Below, one piece after another: positions 60,447-62,562 of a DNA stretch of 62,562 bases. The notes under the pieces were generated by a model. That model worked only from the letters and a program-made list of their open reading frames with translations, was not told where the DNA came from and ran no database searches. Both the position numbers and the translations under genes were made by a program. Origin of the DNA: a virus; the UHGV virus genome UHGV-0106067; one strand, 5' to 3'. Position 1 is the stretch's first letter. Every line of letters starts with the position of its first letter.

Positions 60447-60747
60447 GTCACTTTCTGACGTCCTCTGTTAAAAACTGACGCATAATGACCGCTGTGATTT
60501 TTCAGAATTCACACAGCAGCGTCTTGTTTGATTGATATTTACACAATATGGTTGTTTTATCCGGTTTCTTCCACCACCGCACCGGACAGGCGGCCATGCG
60601 GGAAAACGCTCACGTTACCTGAAAACGTGGAAAGCCCGGTGTGCATCGTTTTTGATTATCCCCACACACTCGCGCAGGAGGTCCAGTGTCTGGCTGAGGT
60701 CTCTGTTAATGCGGGAATACTGCGACGATACGGCGCATCAGCAAAAC

Positions 60748-61215
60748 TTATTTCAGGCACTGAGTGCGGATATATTCCTGTGCCCCTTCCAGCTGCTTCT
60801 GCATCATCATCAACCGCTCTCTGAGGGTGAAATAATCCCGTTCAGCGGTGTCTGCCAGTCGGGGGCCGGTTGCATTATCCATGCCGGAGGTGCCGGTGGC
60901 TTCACGCACGGTACCGGAGCAGGTGGCGTTGATCCGCAGGCGCTTACGACCAGCAGCAACATCAGCACGCAGAGTTTCATTTTCAGCTCTCGCATCGGCT
61001 AATTCCCTCGAGTATTTTGCATCGAGCGCAGCAACATCGCGCTGGCGCACCTGCATATCAGTAATGGTGGCGTTTGCCAGCTCCAGCTCTCTGGCTTTTT
61101 TATCGCGCTGCGCTTTGTAGGTGATGGCGTTATCGCGGTAATGGTCTGTTGCCAGCCACAGCGCACCACAGCCACCCGCCAGGACAATAATCACCACACA
61201 CAGAACACGGCTCAT
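60748..61215 (-). CDS. Rz: Rz i-spanin
   Basis: N-terminal TM, coiled-coil periplasmic domain; contains embedded Rz1 frame. Confidence 0.75.
   Translation of the reverse strand: MSRVLCVVIIVLAGGCGALWLATDHYRDNAITYKAQRDKKARELELANATITDMQVRQRDVAALDAKYSRELADARAENETLRADVAAGRKRLRINATCSGTVREATGTSGMDNATGPRLADTAERDYFTLRERLMMMQKQLEGAQEYIRTQCLK
60810..60995 (-). CDS. Rz1: Rz1 o-spanin lipoprotein, embedded in Rz in +1 frame
   Basis: lipobox LLLVVSAC then Pro-rich [17 protein letters not shown]; likely start at internal Met (60980). Confidence 0.65.
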   Translation of the reverse strand: MRELKMKLCVLMLLLVVSACGSTPPAPVPCVKPPAPPAWIMQPAPDWQTPLNGIISPSESG

Positions 61216-61222
61216 CTCTCTT

Positions 61223-61354
61223 TCACCCCACCAGTCCCGATAACGTCAGGACTCGCCAGGCGGTGGAAAAGAAAATGGCAACCAGCATTAGTGAAAATGA
61301 AATGCCGACAATTACACAGAGGATCTTCGCCAGCGTTATGAGTTTGTCTGACAT
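61223..61354 (-). CDS. small single-TM membrane protein between endolysin and Rz
   Basis: 43-aa [46 protein letters not shown] with SD agggagga. Confidence 0.4.
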   Translation of the reverse strand: MSDKLITLAKILCVIVGISFSLMLVAIFFSTAWRVLTLSGLVG

Positions 61355-61368
61355 GCTTAATCCTCCCT

Positions 61369-61551
61369 TCACGATTTCAACGCAATGACCAGTTTTGCCA
61401 GCCCATACAGCATCGGGGACACAGCAACACCGACCGCCACCCACTTAATGGCAAAAGCCAGTGCTCTGCTGATGTCATCAGTTACAGGCGCTTTCAGTTC
61501 AAGGCCGTTTTTCATAGTCAACCTCAACAGAATTCGTTTATACTTTTCCAT
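61369..61551 (-). CDS. small hypothetical protein with C-terminal hydrophobic segment
   Basis: 60-aa ORF MEKYKRILLRL... with SD aagggag. Confidence 0.35.
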   Translation of the reverse strand: MEKYKRILLRLTMKNGLELKAPVTDDISRALAFAIKWVAVGVAVSPMLYGLAKLVIALKS

Positions 61552-61707
61552 GTTCTCCCTTGCCTTATCCAAGGTCAGAAACACAAAACCCCGCTTGCAG
61601 CCAACAAACGGGGTTTTTACTTTTATTCACTTAGTTTTTGTCAGTTCGCAGGATTTCGTGTTATCCGTCCGTGTGAGCAAACCGCATTTTTCAGCAAAAT
61701 ATTCTGC

Positions 61708-62241
61708 TTATCTGTCAATTCCCCAGCACGCCAGCGCGCTCTCCTGGTCACGCCGCGATACCTGCCCGTAACAGTTATTTGAGCGATTCCGACAGTCCCT
61801 GCCGCCGTCATATATCCATCGGCGGATTTCAGCACATGCACCTTTCCGGTCTCCGGCGTTCAGTTTCCGGTAAAACGTTGAGGTGAAGCATTTCGAAGGC
61901 CCGATGTTGTACGGACAGAATGACGCGATGCCCGCTTTCTGCGGTTCAGTCAGTGGCACTCTGATGTTTTTCTCCACCCATGCCAGCGCCTTATCACGTT
62001 CAATGGCATTAACCTGAGCGCATTTTTCCTTCGACAACTTCATGCCCGGGACGACAGGTTTGCCATCCACCATGATGGCACCACGGCAGATGGTCCAGAT
62101 CCCCGCACCATCACGGTATGCCGTGGTGTGGTTACCTTCTTTTTCGTCAAGAAACTGGTCGAGGATTTCAGGCGCAGAAGCACCTGTGGCAATCAGCGCC
62201 AGAACGGCTACCGATAAACCATAGTGGAGTTTCCTGCTCAT
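61708..62241 (-). CDS. R: SAR endolysin (lysozyme R, phage-21 type)
   Basis: N-terminal signal-anchor-release segment then E-x8-D-x5-T (EGNHTTAYRDGAGIWT); matches recalled Stx-phage R. Confidence 0.85.
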   Translation of the reverse strand: MSRKLHYGLSVAVLALIATGASAPEILDQFLDEKEGNHTTAYRDGAGIWTICRGAIMVDGKPVVPGMKLSKEKCAQVNAIERDKALAWVEKNIRVPLTEPQKAGIASFCPYNIGPSKCFTSTFYRKLNAGDRKGACAEIRRWIYDGGRDCRNRSNNCYGQVSRRDQESALACWGIDR

Positions 62242-62245
62242 CAGC

Positions 62246-62461
62246 TTACTCTCCCCGCGCAGCTTTGCGCCGGTCTTCTTTAATCTTGAAATACAGATTC
62301 GTCAGGTATGTCAGGAACCCCAGACACAGGCTCCCCAAAACCCCGATAGCAGCCCACTGTGACGGAGTAACCTGATCCAACCACTGTAGAAACCAGTAAC
62401 CCGCACTGCCCGCAGAAGTACCATAGGCTATGCCCGTTGATATTTTTTCCATCTGATACAT
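62246..62461 (-). CDS. S: class II pinholin (S21-like) with dual-start motif
   Basis: [31 protein letters not shown]... matches recalled S21; Met1 and Met4 starts. Confidence 0.8.
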   Translation of the reverse strand: MYQMEKISTGIAYGTSAGSAGYWFLQWLDQVTPSQWAAIGVLGSLCLGFLTYLTNLYFKIKEDRRKAARGE

Positions 62462-62492
62462 ATCCCCGCCCCGACAGACCTGTGCTACCGGA

Positions 62493-62526
62493 AATAAAAA
62501 AGGCCATCAGTGTTTTACTGATGGCC
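62493..62526 (-). terminator. intrinsic terminator 32 bp upstream of S
   Basis: ggccatcag-taaaaca-ctgatggcc followed on minus strand by tttttt. Confidence 0.55.
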
Positions 62527-62562
62527 CTGCCCCGCCGTTACAGCATTGTGCCCGGTTCGGGT

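Noticed and set aside
1-62562. Insertion sequences or transposases as the source of the accessory cargo
   Set aside because: No transposase-like ORFs or terminal inverted repeats were recognised; cargo appears to occupy standard lambdoid moron slots.

Overview
The window reads as one nearly complete lambdoid temperate phage genome with the gene order of short-tailed Stx-converting phages (933W/phi24B type), but without stx or tRNA genes. Minus strand, high to low coordinate: pinholin S, SAR endolysin R, Rz/Rz1, terminase small and large subunits, portal, scaffold, major capsid, a collagen-like tail fibre and assembly protein, a YadA-anchor trimeric autotransporter plus LuxR-type regulator, tail proteins, lom, a run of virion proteins and a 2783-aa polyvalent protein, then a tyrosine integrase. 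Plus strand 12.3-26 kb carries CI and the early-left genes (Rha, RecT, exonuclease, PAPS-reductase-like, DUF551, ASCH). Minus strand 12.2-0.6 kb carries cro, helicase, primase, NinG, NinH, Q, a late promoter, hok, a two-gene restriction-modification locus and a NanS-p-like esterase. No tape-measure or tail-tube genes were seen. The layout is circularly permuted (integrase internal, lysis genes at one edge, Q and its cargo at the other), so this looks like a vegetative or episomal permutation rather than a prophage bounded by att sites. The most interesting cargo: a BcgI-like Type IIB R-M pair sitting where stx normally lies; a serine protease with small peptides co-transcribed with cI (rex position); a zinc-ribbon DUF4145 protein beside the integrase; two hok-family toxin genes; an apparently N-less 0.7 kb leader after a lambda-like pL; and a tandem pair of terminator-capped sRNA-like units. 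All family assignments are from motif reading and recall, not database searches.
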